Shown piece after piece: positions 25,517-38,630 of a DNA stretch of 64,000 nt. The first letter of the stretch is position 1, and every line of letters starts with the position of its first letter. The notes under the pieces were generated by a model. The model saw only the letters and a program-made list of their open reading frames with translations, was not told where the DNA came from and did no database searches. The stretch lies in contig NC_068997.1 in the NCBI RefSeq assembly GCF_001194135.2, positions 54,888,099 through 54,952,098 on the forward strand, given 5' to 3'. The DNA comes from Octopus bimaculoides. Lineage: Eukaryota. Both the position numbers and the translations under genes were made by a program.

Positions 25517-25555
25517 GTGTGTATATATGTATATATATATATGTATGTATATATG

Positions 25556-25608
<53 letters not shown>

Positions 25609-25901
25609 GTATGTATATATATGTATATATGTATATATATGTATGTATATATATGTATATATATATATATATATGTATGTATATATATGTATATATATAT
25701 ATATATATATGTATGTATATATATGTATATATATGTATGTATATATATGCATATATGTATGTATATATATATATGTATATATATGTATGTATATATATAT
25801 ATATATGTATATATATATGCATATATGTATGTATATATATGTATACATATATATGTATATATGTACGTATGTGTATATATATGTTTCTATACGTAAATAT
25901 T

Positions 25902-25942
<41 letters not shown>

Positions 25943-25952
25943 GCACACACAC
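25455..25952. repeat. Long imperfect (TA)n/(TATG)n microsatellite
   Basis: Seen directly; source of the spurious YI/IY ORFs. Confidence 0.95.
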
Positions 25953-27522
25953 ACGTAGCAGCTGATCATTTTGCTGCCATTTATGGTGTCCTACAAAAAC
26001 ATAGTGAAATTTCTCTGAACAGAAACTTAAACATTAATTATTTACTAAATCTTTTCTATTGTCATCTTCAAATAAATGACAAATATGATAAATAACAAGA
26101 ACAAAGCCACTCAGGTAATAATGTTCTTTCAAAGAAATAAACAACATACGGAGAATAGCATGTGAAATAGTTGCTTCTTATTCCACTTTCACTGAGTTTG
26201 TTGTATTAATACCATTTTAAGCGAGGTTTTGCTCTAATAGAAAGAAACTTTTATGGACTTGTGTTCACTTACAGCATAGCTTCCAGTCATCTATTAACAG
26301 CTGATGATCAAAAGACCTACAGCTTCCATTTTAAGTGATTTTATATTATATTTTTACGTTTGATATGCAACAATTCTAGTACATTATTTACTTGGTCAAA
26401 TGTATTTACACTCTACAGAAGTATTACATTTACAGGTGACCTATATTCTATTTTAAAGCATGTTCTCTGATATGCCTTAAACTATTTGCATTTATATTTC
26501 TCATCTGTTTTCAAAATGTAATACTTTGTAAGAATAATGGTAATCAGTTTTGCATTACAACACTATAACAGCTTATGTATATTCAATGATCTATCATTGA
26601 CAGCTTAAATATTGAAGAAATAAAATAATTATATCTTACATTTTCATGAGTAAACTAATTTCCATTTTTGAAAACTTTATCTGAGTAAAATTTTCTTAAA
26701 TACATTTAACTATAGGTTGTGACCATTTAATATAATAAAAGCATACATACTGAGATAAGAAATTGCAAAGTAATAATCAAATCAAATATTTAAGACTGGA
26801 TTGTGGTGCTTAACTAACAAGTTAACTTCGATAAATACTTTTATATGTTTTCATTTCTTATGAGACAAGACATGGTAACTTAGTAAATAAGGAATTTCAG
26901 TTGGGTCTCAGGTATCCTCTCCATCTGATGATTTTCTATTTAAGTTCAACCTTCTTCTATATCAAAAAGAATGCCCAACAAATATCTTCTGTCTGTATTC
27001 CTTAAATGAATGTCTATCATTGTGTTGCTTTACAGTAATTCTTGAACAAGCTTTTAATGTAGTATTTTGACAAGGAAATAGCTAAGGCCTTAAATGCCAT
27101 TTTCCATGCCAAAATATGTCTTCTGAGTTATTCTGACAAATTCTCATGTCAAACTAATAGCCCTTAAAGAGGTCTACAATAAAAGCTTGGGGTATTTCTA
27201 TCCTTGATGTAATGTTCTATGGCTATTAATTATAAGTCGTTCTCTCACATTAGCTGAAAACATGATCTATTTTATGGCTTAAACAAAAGTGTGTATGCGA
27301 ATGAAGGAAGGCAGTAAAACTGCTAGAGAGAGAGATGGAAGTACATAGGGAAATAAATATCAAATGATGTGGACAGGGAGTAAAATAGAGGAGTGGATTT
27401 AGATATGATTTAGTTTAATTCATTGGCCTCCATGAATATCTTCCAGGTTAATTATATATCTCATGAATATACTAATTGAAAGGATAATAGAAGTGTGCTA
27501 AACAAACATTTATGTATCACAA

Positions 27523-27626
27523 TATTAACATGGTACCTTGTTGGGAGTATTAATGAGGTACCATGTTGGGAATATTGATGTGGAGACATGCTAGAAGTAT
27601 TCTAATATGGAGCTGTGTTGGGAGTG
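27523..27626. repeat. Degenerate ~25-bp minisatellite, about 4 units
   Basis: Units: attaacatggtaccttgttgggagt / attaatgaggtaccatgttgggaat / attgatgtggagacatgctagaagt / attctaatatggagctgtgttgggagt. Confidence 0.6.
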
Positions 27627-28228
27627 CTGACCTCAGGAAAATATTTTGTGTTCAGTTCGTTTCCGTATGTCTATTCTGTCCTATCTTCATATTTTAGTTG
27701 CCATAGACATAACTGTGTGATTAAGTATTTGCTCTTCAACCATGTAATTTTGGGTCCTGTCACATGCATAAAACCTTACTCTTTTGTATAATGAGGGATA
27801 TACATAAGCTAAATTGGAATAAAACCACACTAGAAATGCAGGCATTCAAAATAAAACTAGCAGCATGGACAACATTGATAGAACTGACATAATAACTAGT
27901 GGAATAGTTGGTGAGACTGGTGATGATCTATACTAAATGTCCGTAGAGTATTATGGAAAGTTATAAGATTCAAATTGAGACGTCACTTTGCTGAGATTTT
28001 CCCCATGAAAATTTGGAGAATTTTCTAGATACCCTCGAACCAAACATCTTCTGGTCCTACCTTTGCTTTTGCCTTTTTTTTTTTTACCACTTTTCTCTGT
28101 AGTTGTATGACCTCTTCAAAAAATCTGAACTTCTTTTGCAAATGAATGACATCTCCCACTGAAATACTATTCTAGAGAAACTAATTATAATTCATATAAT
28201 GATACAATCTATTTATAAACTATATGTA

Positions 28229-28458
28229 CATGAAGGGGTGCTTTGCAGCACCCCTTCCTGGCTTTAAGGGCTTTGTGAAAGACCTGTCTGAAGTCCCAAT
28301 CTTCCGAGTTCTTTTACAGGGCTTAGAAAAACTGAAGGGCTACTGCAATAGATGTGTGAATCTGAGAGGAGAAAATGTTGAGTGAAATCATAATTATCTG
28401 CTTCTCTTGTATTTTCTTTCACCCAAAGCCAAAAACTTTTAAGCCCCCCCCCCCCCCG
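28229..28458 (+). mobile_element. Internally deleted mariner (Tc1/mariner) element
   Basis: TA dinucleotides at 28227-28 and 28459-60, with related termini (ggggtgct...ttcctggcttt versus the reverse complement ggggct...tttttggcttt). The internal frame QGLEKLKGYCNRCVNLRGENVE* matches the mariner transposase C-terminus (GIxKLxxRWxKCxxxxGxYVE). Confidence 0.8.
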
Positions 28459-29304
28459 TATATATATCATCATATATATATATATATACATGATTGTGTG
28501 CATGTTTGTGTTTAGTTTTACAAGATAGAGTGAGATACAATTAAAGATTTATGTGGTTATCAATTATTCAGTTCTTGGAGAATGGATTTTGGGACCAAAT
28601 AAATTGCTAAAACATTCATTGATGATTTACAAAATAACCCACTAAAATATATAGAACTAATTCTTGTGAAAGAACTAATCCAAAATACTATTAAGAACCG
28701 ACTTAAAACCAATTTATCCAACATAAAAATACTCTAAAATATAACTCAGAAACCTCACAAGATGCTGATCAACATTCACCTGTTGTTAATTAGCAATTTT
28801 GTGATTCCATTTACTATAACTCACTGACTGTTAATTGTAAAGTTAAAGATCTGAAGTGCGTGTGTATGAATGTATATATAACATGTATATATGCACACAC
28901 TGTCATAGCTCTAGCACAACTGACCTGGCTGTTGCATGATCAACAACCAATTAACTGTTTATTGATTTCTGTATTAGATTTTTTCTTTTTTTTTTGTGGC
29001 CAATACATGAGAAAAAAATATTGGAATCCAAAGAAGAACACAAATTTAAATGGAAAAATGAAGTTGTGATCTCAAATTGAATAAATTTGTCACCTATTAG
29101 GAATCAAAAAGAAAAAAATCCAAAATATAAAATCCAAAAGTTGTCAAGGAAACAAATTACTGCAAAAAAGAAAAAAAAATCTTATGTGTCAGGTTGAAAT
29201 TTATTAGAATTATCAATTTGAGTCAATTATAGTTCACTCTAGTTTTATTCAAATTCACAGCAAAAGAAAACATTTTGAAATTTATTCACAGTTTNNNNNN
29301 NNNN

Positions 29305-29368
<64 letters not shown>
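29305..29368. repeat. (GT)n microsatellite next to a 10-N gap (29295-29304)
   Basis: Seen directly. Confidence 0.95.
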
Positions 29369-29372
<4 letters not shown>

Positions 29373-31473
29373 AGAAAGGTAGAGATAGAGAAAAAGAGAG
29401 AGAAAGAACTTTCAATGTAATATATAATGAAATTTGAATCACAAACATAAACAATGTATTGAAATATTCAGACATATATATTTTTATATACTCCCAGTGT
29501 ATTGAGGGTATAGAGGAAGCTATAAGCTAACAAGAACTTGGAACATTACCAAATAGTTTTATATCAGGATAAACGATTCTTCACCTATATAAGAATAAAT
29601 ACTATTATCAAAGGTTTTATTTTTGGAGCAAAATTTTCAGTGTGAATTGCAACCTTTTCAGTGTGACTGCTATAGTGAAAGTAACTTATAATTCTTGGAT
29701 CCTGGCAGTTTTTAAAGTTCAGGAGCATAGGAATTTCATTGACAGAATAGAATAATGGATTATTTTGCAGAGCCAGCCAAGTGACGCTATTAGTGGTAAG
29801 AACCATGATGAAAATCTGCAAGAACAAATAAGAATCGTTTACCATTCTACCTTCATCATGGCTGCCATTATTTCTCAAGTGTACATTTTTGTATAATACT
29901 GAAGCAGGTGCTTTAAAATCCGAACGGTAGATGGGTCCATTGAATGAATGAAAATGGCCATTCTCATGGCTGAAGGTCAGAGAGGCCTCAGCTTCCACCA
30001 CTTCTCACCACACACACATTGCAGACTTTTGCTGCAATCATACTTTCTGCTAGGGTCTGATCTTTCTAGTTCTTGATGTCATTCTTCCATCTTTGTAGCT
30101 CAAAAACCCGTTTTCTATCTGCCCACCTCCCAAGAATACTGGCACAGAGATCTTGAACCCTGATAACTTTGCCTGAAATATTTCAGTTTTCACCACTCAA
30201 CCCCACTATTTAAGAGTTGAACTTATTTCAGACAAAGATAAATTTACTGTAAGAAGTTTTAATCTGAAGTTAATGGGATTAACAGAACAAAACTATAATG
30301 GGATTAATGGAACAAAACAAAACAGATCTATTCTATTTTCCATTAAATATTTCAGTTGATGATCTCAGGATTATCTCCTGCAAGAAGTGGACTTACAGAG
30401 ACACTTCCAGTTCGTAATTACAAATGACTTTGGCATATTTTGTGAAATATTAGTCAAATATTTTTTTTTTGTACTATTGTTTTTTAGGATATAAGGATAT
30501 GAATTTTTCTTTTAATTCTGTAAAATGTAAAGAAGAAGAAAAAAAGAACAACTGCAAAAGTGACAAAGGCATGTCAAATAAAGTTCTTTGATCTCAACTC
30601 AATACATTTGATTGTGACATATTAACCATTCAGTTTAAAGTCCGGTTTACTTTCATTTTCTGTAATTCTATATTGGCAAAACTAAAAATACGAAATCTAA
30701 AAGTAATGTTAGAAAGTGAAAACATCACAAAATGGTTTATGGAAATCATAGTCTTCTAAAATATTGAAAGCTAAAATACATCTGTTATAAATACTAATAT
30801 ATTAAGTAAAACTGAAGTCAGCTGCCAACAAATGTACCACTCTAGACCTTTATTGATCAGAAGAATATTAGAATTTCCTCTCACCTAATAATAAAAACCA
30901 GTTCTTAGAGTTCCTATTTTTTTGTACCATTCAGCTAACAAGTTCAAAACAAAGCTTGTTGCATGCCAATGTTATAGTGAATGAAGACGTAAAAGAATAA
31001 ATTTTCCGGTAAATTCAATACTTAGAGGTGGGCAAACATTGAAGCCACCCTGGAATCATGGATGAAACAAACCATAGAGAATGTATTTAAAATATTACTG
31101 AAACATATTACATTGAAATGCTAATTTAACGAGTGGTTAGCATAGCTCAATTTTCATTACATTGATTACTAAAGTGTGTATAAATGTAGAGACAACATAC
31201 ACAAGTAAGGGTCAAGAAACAAAACAAACCAAGATGAAAGCAAATAGACAGCTTCTCTTCATCAGCAACTGTCTGGGAGTAATTACAAGATTTTATATAT
31301 ATATATATATATATGCACATACATATGTATATAAATAAATAACAACAGGCAGATAATGTGTCAATTTACTACAGTTGTTTCCAATGAATTTATCTTTGTT
31401 GTGTTCACATTTTAGTTTTGACCTGACCCAGTGCTTTACCATTTAAGTGCCTGGTTCACTTGAAGCCCAATCT

Positions 31474-31520
<47 letters not shown>

Positions 31521-31714
31521 GAAAAACAAAACCAAGGCAGGACAAGTGTCTCAGGTCATTTGGAATATTTAATTGGAGTACGGTGAATCAGAGAAGGAGG
31601 AGTAGAAGTAATTCTACTTCTTTTCCTGCAGACTTGGGACCCTACTACGGATCCCTAGCTTGAGCCTCAGCTGTGAGCTTGGCATCTAACACATGACCAA
31701 TTATAGCAGTTACA

Positions 31715-32010
31715 CAGTGATTTATGAGAGCCAGGCAAATGATATACAGAAATGTTGTCAGCAAGACTAGAGTTGGCAAAGAGTTTAGTTAGGAATATAG
31801 CATGCAGGCATGTGTCCATCAAAGCTTGGTTCTCAGCCTCCGTTTGTTTTATTACGTCTGCAGGCTGTAACAAAAGTGTCAACACTGGCTGTCTATGGGA
31901 GCTCCTCTATACTGAAGACCTAGTTCTCATACTTGAGGCTGTCATTCAATAAGTATTACAAATACAGAAGCAACACCTAGAACCAAGAAACTTCAAAATA
32001 AACCATATAA
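31715..32010 (+). mobile_element. RTE LINE reverse transcriptase fragment (decayed)
   Basis: Broken frames give QMIYRNVVSKTRVGKEFS...VHQSLVLS and GCLWELLYTEDLVLILEA, matching the RTE RT motifs GVHQGSVLSPLLF and CPWELLYADDLVL (YADD mutated). Confidence 0.8.
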
Positions 32011-32028
32011 ACATATAAAGTTTTAATA

Positions 32029-32370
32029 AGCGTCGCTTTCCTGGCACTTGTGCCAGTGGCACATGTAAAGACAATCGAGCGAGATCGTTGCCAGTGCCCC
32101 TGGACTGGCTCCTGTGCAGGTGGCACGTAAAATACACCATTTTGAGAGTGGCCGTTGCCAGTACCACCTGACTGGCCTTCATGCTGGTGGCACGTAAAAG
32201 GACCCACTACACTCTCGGAGTGGTTGGTGTTAGGAAGGGCATCCAGCTGTAGAAACTCTGCCAAATCAGACTGGAGCCTGGTGTAGCCATCTGGTTCACC
32301 AGTCCTCAGTCAAATCGTTCAACCCATGCTAGCATGGAAAGCGGACATTAAACGATGATGATGATGATGA
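32029..32370 (+). mobile_element. RTE LINE 3' UTR with hairpin modules and (GAT)n tail
   Basis: High similarity to 51640-51960; ends ccatgctagcatggaaagcggacattaaacgatgatgatg. Confidence 0.9.
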
Positions 32371-33478
32371 AATGTTGAGTCTTTAGTGTCCTGTGGGAAG
32401 TGGCAAAACCTTGAATCCTGATAATACATACAGGAAGAGGCAACAGTAAATAATTACTTTAAATTTTTAAAGGTTTTTTTCTAAGCTGATAGTTTTTGTT
32501 ATGGCCATAGCTAAGTAAACATAGGTGGGGAAATTATTGTAACGAGTGATATCTAAATTATATTCAAGTAGAAAAGTTTTTATGAACTGTTAGTTTCTTT
32601 ATTCAGTTTTTATTTGTTTCAATAATCAGAAAGAAAATCTAAAATATTTTCTGAAAATCATTATTATTATTATTAGTAGTAGTAGTTGTATTTTATTTTC
32701 ATAATTATCCTGTTCCATCAAAATATGATAATCACTTAATAATAACCCATTCACTAGATTGGTTTTATTAAGTCACTAAAATGTTCACTGCTCTACCAAA
32801 TTATACAGTGCAAGAATAAGTATTTAGATTGGTATTATCAAGTTTCTGTGTATAAAAACTACTTGGCAATGATTCAATACTGCGTAGGTTGAGCAAACAA
32901 GCGAGAGAGAGAGAGAGAGAGAGAGCGAGGAGAAGTGTATGTAGATATTTTTGAGTAGCAAATAAATAATTGCCACTTCATCAATTTTCTTTAATTTCCA
33001 CTATTTTAGATGTTTAAGGCAATTAATCAAGGAAATATGTGACTTCAGGCTATAACCTCTTTTTATTTTCTGTTAAATATTAAAATAATAATAATATCAA
33101 CAACAACAAAAAAACAGAAAAAAGATTCTTCAGATAACCAAAAGCACATGATGTGATGTAGAGGCAGTAACAAGTTTGCAACTGAACCTAGTGGAACGGT
33201 TATCAGTTTTTTTGTTTTATTTTTTCCACTGCCACTACCACCGCTCCTGCTTCACAAACACCATCCTTAATGAAGCACTTCACGAAGTCCTATAGACTAC
33301 AGGCTTATCTCTTCCAGACAGTGTGGTGCAATATAACAAATTTCCTTATTCATTAGCAATAATGTTCTCATTTTAAAAACCTCGTATTATCGATTTCTTT
33401 AACTCGAATATATTCCCTGACTTTTCAAAATAACACAAAAACGGAGCAAAGTTGTTGGAAATATTTTGATGATCTTAC

Positions 33479-33501
33479 TTTTATTCCAGTTATACAAAAA
33501 G
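33479..33501 (-). CDS. Candidate upstream micro-exon of the THSD7-like gene (FLYNWNK, phase 1 donor)
   Basis: Minus strand caccag|C TTT TTG TAT AAC TGG AAT AAA A|gtaaga. Splicing to 7259 gives FLYNWNKS-EWSPC, which matches the LYxW-4x-W spacing of THSD7A (LYLWKTG-PWGRC). The donor is strong; the acceptor is weak and uncertain, and no in-frame ATG or signal peptide lies directly upstream. Confidence 0.35.
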
Positions 33502-33607
33502 CTGGTGTTCAATAAATTTGACCAAAGTGTTCTTCTATTACTTTCACACCACTTAATACATTCCCAGCTTTACGTTATTCTTATGCTGAGCATCAACGTT
33601 TTCTACT

Positions 33608-33621
33608 GTTACCATGGCAGC
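33608..33621. promoter_or_regulatory. RFX X-box-like palindromic motif
   Basis: GTTACCATGGCAGC is one mismatch from the GTTRCCATGGYAAC consensus. It lies about 130 bp upstream (minus strand) of the candidate donor at 33478, next to a CpG-enriched patch. Confidence 0.3.
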
Positions 33622-34187
33622 ATTTATTACAAAGAAAAACCTGCTTTATCATTATATTTTAATCTGCACAGATTAATATAATATTTTATAAATATGAGAA
33701 CTGAATATGATGTTATTGGATATATTTTATTGTAAGACATTTCTTCAGCTGACAACATATCAAAATAGAACCGTTATATGATGGAGCATATAATTCAATA
33801 ACATTTTTACTACAATCGCAGCAGCCTCCTAAATAGATTTATGAAATTACACCACCTCAAGCTTTAGAATCTATATTTGAAAAGAAGTACAATGAACAGT
33901 TAGCAAAATTAGTTTGATGAATACTTCTCTATACTGTTTGAGACAATCCTGTGTCTCACTGTTTGGCAAAACTACACAGCATTTGATTTGCTTTGATGAT
34001 AGGGATAGAATAAAATGGTAAATAAAAGTTCCACCACAAATTTATCAACCTTGCAGCATTTCAAGCTCACAATTCTGAGATGTATTAGAAAGGAAAAAAA
34101 ATCATTAAAATACAACTACAATATTATTATTACAATATCATACATACATACATATTTGTGTGTGTATGTGTATATATATGTATGTCA

Positions 34188-34234
<47 letters not shown>

Positions 34235-34348
34235 NNNNNNNNNNNNNNNNNNNNNNNNNNNNNNNNNNNNNNNNNNNNNNNNNNNNNNNNNNNNNNNNNN
34301 NNNNNNNNNNNNNNNNNNNNNNNNNNNNNNNNNNNNNNATATATATAT
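34188..34348. repeat. (TC)n-(TA)n microsatellite with assembly gap (N 34235-34338)
   Basis: Seen directly. Confidence 0.95.
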
Positions 34349-36602
34349 GCTCTTATTTATTGAGTTTGATGGACAAGAGATCAACAGATATTTATCAATG
34401 TCAGTTCACAAATTTCATAACCAAATATTTATATTCATTCATCTTTTCGGTATTTATGATAGAGTAATAAAATCCTACTTATAAATAAATGAATTAACCG
34501 CAAAGATTTTCAATGTATAATAATATTATTGGACATTGTAAGCATTTCCATTTTGGGGATAATAAGAGAGGCAGTTCCACTGATGTAATCTTAAGCATGG
34601 ATCTAGCATTTGTTGGGGAGGTTTGGCAGATCTGAAATGTTGCACATGGTGATGATAAGGCTGAAATGCAAAATAGTAAACTTTATCTTCAAATTTTCTG
34701 GGATTGATGAAAAATTTTCCAGTTTAGGACTAGCAGAATTCTTAGAGCATCAGACAAGGTGCCTTGAAGTATATGTTTGATCTTCTTGCATTCTGAATTC
34801 AAATCCTCTCACAGCTTATTGAGATTATTGACTTAATCCCTTACACAGTTTGATACCACCACTACTGACTTTCTTACTGAGATCCATTCTGTTGCAGGAA
34901 TTGGAACAAGTTCTCCAGTTATGGGACATCTTCCTTCACTCCTACAAGTCTCAGAGGCCATATTAAGAGTCAAAGGCACTGCCATTTCCTCTTGAGTTAA
35001 AACAAATGTCGTATTCCTTTTTTTATATTTTTAGTTTTTTTCTTACAAAAGTAACACAGAAATGTAATATAAGTTAACACATAGGGTGCACAGCCCTACT
35101 TTAATGAATTTAATTAAAATTTAATTAATTTAATTAAAATTACAGTAATAGGACAACATACCAATATCAGCTGCACAAAGTATTATTAATGCAGTCTCTC
35201 TATAGCTTCATAGTTTATCAAAAAGGTCTTCTTTCACATCAGCCCCCTTCAACATCAGCCAGCTCATTGATGTAAATTGAAGAATCATTTTAGGATAGAC
35301 ATACATGATTCTGATACTGAGAGACAGGTTTATTTTCTTTGAGATATATTTTGATTCTCAAGAATGCTGTCAAAAATTCTGGTTACCATTCTAGTTTTGA
35401 GTTAGTTTTCTCAATTATTCCTCTATAAAATACTAATTCATCCAGTACATTACTAGTTTGTTAGCTAATTATTTTGAATGCACTCTCATTAGGACCAATC
35501 AGCATGGGTTCTTTAACAGTGACTTGTGTTGTAGCTTTAGTTCAAAATGATCCTCCAGATGCTGGAACTTCTCTTCAAAAATGTTGAGTCAGAGAATGAC
35601 TAAAAGTAGACTGACTTGAGTGGTCAGCTCGGACTATTGGAAGTGCTGAAAATAGTGCCATGTATGTTTAGAGCACATATTAAGTGACAGGTGGTTCATT
35701 TATGTCAAAGCTTTACCGTTACTTGGAATACAAGAAAGAGATACATTTTGCAAGCTTTCGCTTAAAATGTATGAACATTTAGAAGTTTCTCCTGAGATAT
35801 AGCATTACTTTGTCTGTTAATGGCCAGAAGTATAAATAACCTGGGCCAGATACATAAAAGTGATTCCAAATTAGCACCAAAAGTTCTTACAATTAGGATG
35901 AATGCTTTGAACATTCCAAGAGTGAAGTCTTCTCAGTGTCAAAGCTTCACTTGTTCAGCTTTACATTTTTTTTTATTTGCAAAAAGTAAATTAATCGATT
36001 CAAAAACCTTTCGGACTGGTTTAAAGAATGTAAAATTTCTTGCCAAGGTCAGCATACCTTGAAAATAGTTTCCAATGAATATTTATCTCAAGAAGAAGTT
36101 ATTAGGTAATGAATCGTTAAAGAATATCATTGATCTCAAAGCTGTTTTGCATTATTGCTCCTTGCCAATCATCGTTTCCTGACAGGGGTATCGGCTGGAA
36201 AGGATCTTTTCCATCATTCCTTATCTCTAAATCTTTAGATAACTCTCTCTCTCTTTTGCTCTCTCTCTCTCTCTCCTCTCCTTTTTTTCTCTTCCTTCTT
36301 TTTCTTTCTCTGCTCTTTCTCTCTCTCCCCACTCTCTCATTCTCCTCAGTAATATGTAGAACCAGCTGTAGCTTTCCTTTATCATGAATTTGTTGTTGTT
36401 GTTGGAAGGCAATTTGTCAGATGTAAGAGAGCAGGCCAAATGCTAAGAATGACACGTGCATTTGATAAAAATCAAATTAAGGATATTGTTCTTTGTAAAT
36501 GCATAGAGTGAGTGATGAGATCCATAGAGATTCAATGCCCATTCCATGCCAATTGTGAACGCTGCTTTAAAATTAACTTCAATATTGCCAAAATAATCTT
36601 TT

Positions 36603-36650
36603 AGATATGATAATGCAGTGCTTCAGAGATATGATAATGCAGTGCTTCAG
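36603..36650. repeat. Perfect 24-bp tandem duplication (AGATATGATAATGCAGTGCTTCAG x2)
   Basis: Seen directly. Confidence 0.9.
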
Positions 36651-38149
36651 TGATAGTAGATGAAACTAATCCCTCAAACTCTGATGAAGCCCTATTGTGT
36701 CTAGCTTTATGATATCAACCACAGATGCACAAATGCTTTTGGCTCATTACCTCAGTTGACTTATCTATGAGAGACAATGATGGCCTTTTTCAGATCATCA
36801 ACTTGTTCATCAAGCAGGGTTTGTGGTTAAGAGTTTTCTTGATGATCATACTGCCCTTCTTTTTTGTGCGACTGTAAATTAAAGCTAACCTGAGGCTGAC
36901 TTTGCTTATACTTTCAAAAGTTTACTCAAGTGATCAATGAACTGAAAAGTGGGCTGGCTTGTAACATATACAACCAGAATGATACTTTTAACAAGCTGTT
37001 AAACACAATCATAGCAATATTTTCAACCAAGTTATGTAAAAATAATGTTAAATATAGAATTTTATATCTCTGGTTAAATTAGTCTAATAATAAAGATATA
37101 GATCAATTTTATATATTCTATACAAATGAGAATGTTATTCATGGGAAACCAACTCAATTTTTGCCCAAGAATTATAAAGAACTGAGGTGTTTTACCAATA
37201 TTAAGTGAATAACCATCATCATCTGTACCAATACAAACAAAATATAAACCCAATTTTATTTCAGAAGTCCTGTTCTGTAAAAATTACAATAATGCATTCC
37301 ATTTCAACATTCTATTTCAATATCCTTACATGATGTTATAGTATATAAAATAAAAAGAAGAGACACTATGGAGAAAAATTTAAATGGAACACAAAGAAAA
37401 CACTAAATACAGCCATTTTCTTTTTTTTCTTTTCACTCAACCAAAAAACGTGAGAAATATTGGTGGTGATGTGGCTATCAATATCTTGACAGAACTTCAC
37501 TCAATTAATTATAATTTACTAAATTGGTGAAGAGACAGAACTTAAAATGGATTGTAAATTTCATTCATTAATAAAATATCAGAGAATAACAGATTTACAA
37601 ACTACTTAACTGGAATTCTAACAGCTCACTCATAGATTTCTCCCAATAACCAAATAATCAAAGAATCAACATGTGAACAATGCACAGATTAGACAAAGAA
37701 GCAAACATTAAAGTAAATTATATTTCTATAATTGCTAATGAGCAGTTAATATAGGAAATAAATTAACGATTATCATATAATGTATAGTGATGAAGAGGTA
37801 ATAAAGAATTTGAAAATAAAAGAAATTAAAGTTTAAGGATAGAAAAATTGTTTATATCTGCTGTGTATGTTGATGGTATGTTGAGTTAGAAATGGTTGAG
37901 CCATTGCACTCTTAAGAATATGTTCATGCTTGCTTCATTACTAATTTGTTTCAATGATTTCTTTAACATAAACACAAAGACAACTTCTTTGTGTTGGTGG
38001 CATGATAAAATGTATCCAACAGTTTCTGTTAAGAGGTTGGTATTAGAAAGGGCAGCCAGTCATAGAAGCATGCTAAAAACTGGAATGTACAAGAGATACA
38101 TGATCTTCTAACTTATGCCACCATAGAAAGCAGACATAAAAACTTATAA

Positions 38150-38204
<55 letters not shown>

Positions 38205-38630
38205 GTGTAGGCATTGCTGTGTGATGAGAAATTTTGCTTTCCAACCACATGGTCTTGGGTTCAGTCCCACTGTGTGGCACTTTGGCAAGCGTCTCCTTCT
38301 ATGGACTTGGGCTGACCTAAGTCTGTTGTGAGTGGATTTGGTAGGCAAAAACTGGAAAAGTCTTGGCTTATGTGTGCTGTCTGTGCATGTGTGTTTTCTC
38401 CTTCCTTTGACTTCATGTTGTAGTTGTAAATGAGTGCCACTGCCATGCAAGTGGTGTCCTTCATTTCCAATCTTCCATGAAAACATGTCTGGTCATAGGG
38501 AAATATTATCTTCCTTGGAAACAGGCAAAGGTTGGTGACTGGAAGGACATCCAGCTGTAGAAACTCTGCCTCAGTAAATTCCATCTGACTCATGCAAGCA
38601 GGGAAAACTGGATGTTAAACAATGATGATA
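38205..38630 (+). mobile_element. Full-length SINE: family A head with RTE-derived tail
   Basis: Head gtaggcattgctgtgtgatgagaaattttgctttccaaccacatggtcttgggttcagtcccactg. The tail ggaaggacatccagctgtagaaactctgcc...catgcaagcagggaaa...gttaaacaatgatgat is shared with the RTE 3' end at 51820-51960. Confidence 0.85.

Noticed and set aside
27523-27626. CRISPR-like periodicity (also the RTE hairpin modules)
   Set aside because: The units are degenerate with no unique spacers, there are no cas genes, and the context is eukaryotic.
29585-30001. 138-aa minus ORF with a hydrophobic stretch and an acceptor-like site
   Set aside because: No recognisable homology, and the only phase-compatible donor (gttact) is very weak.
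31022-31300. Possible Tc1/hAT left terminus (gaggtgggcaaac...gccaccc)
   Set aside because: No matching right TIR or transposase motif was found.
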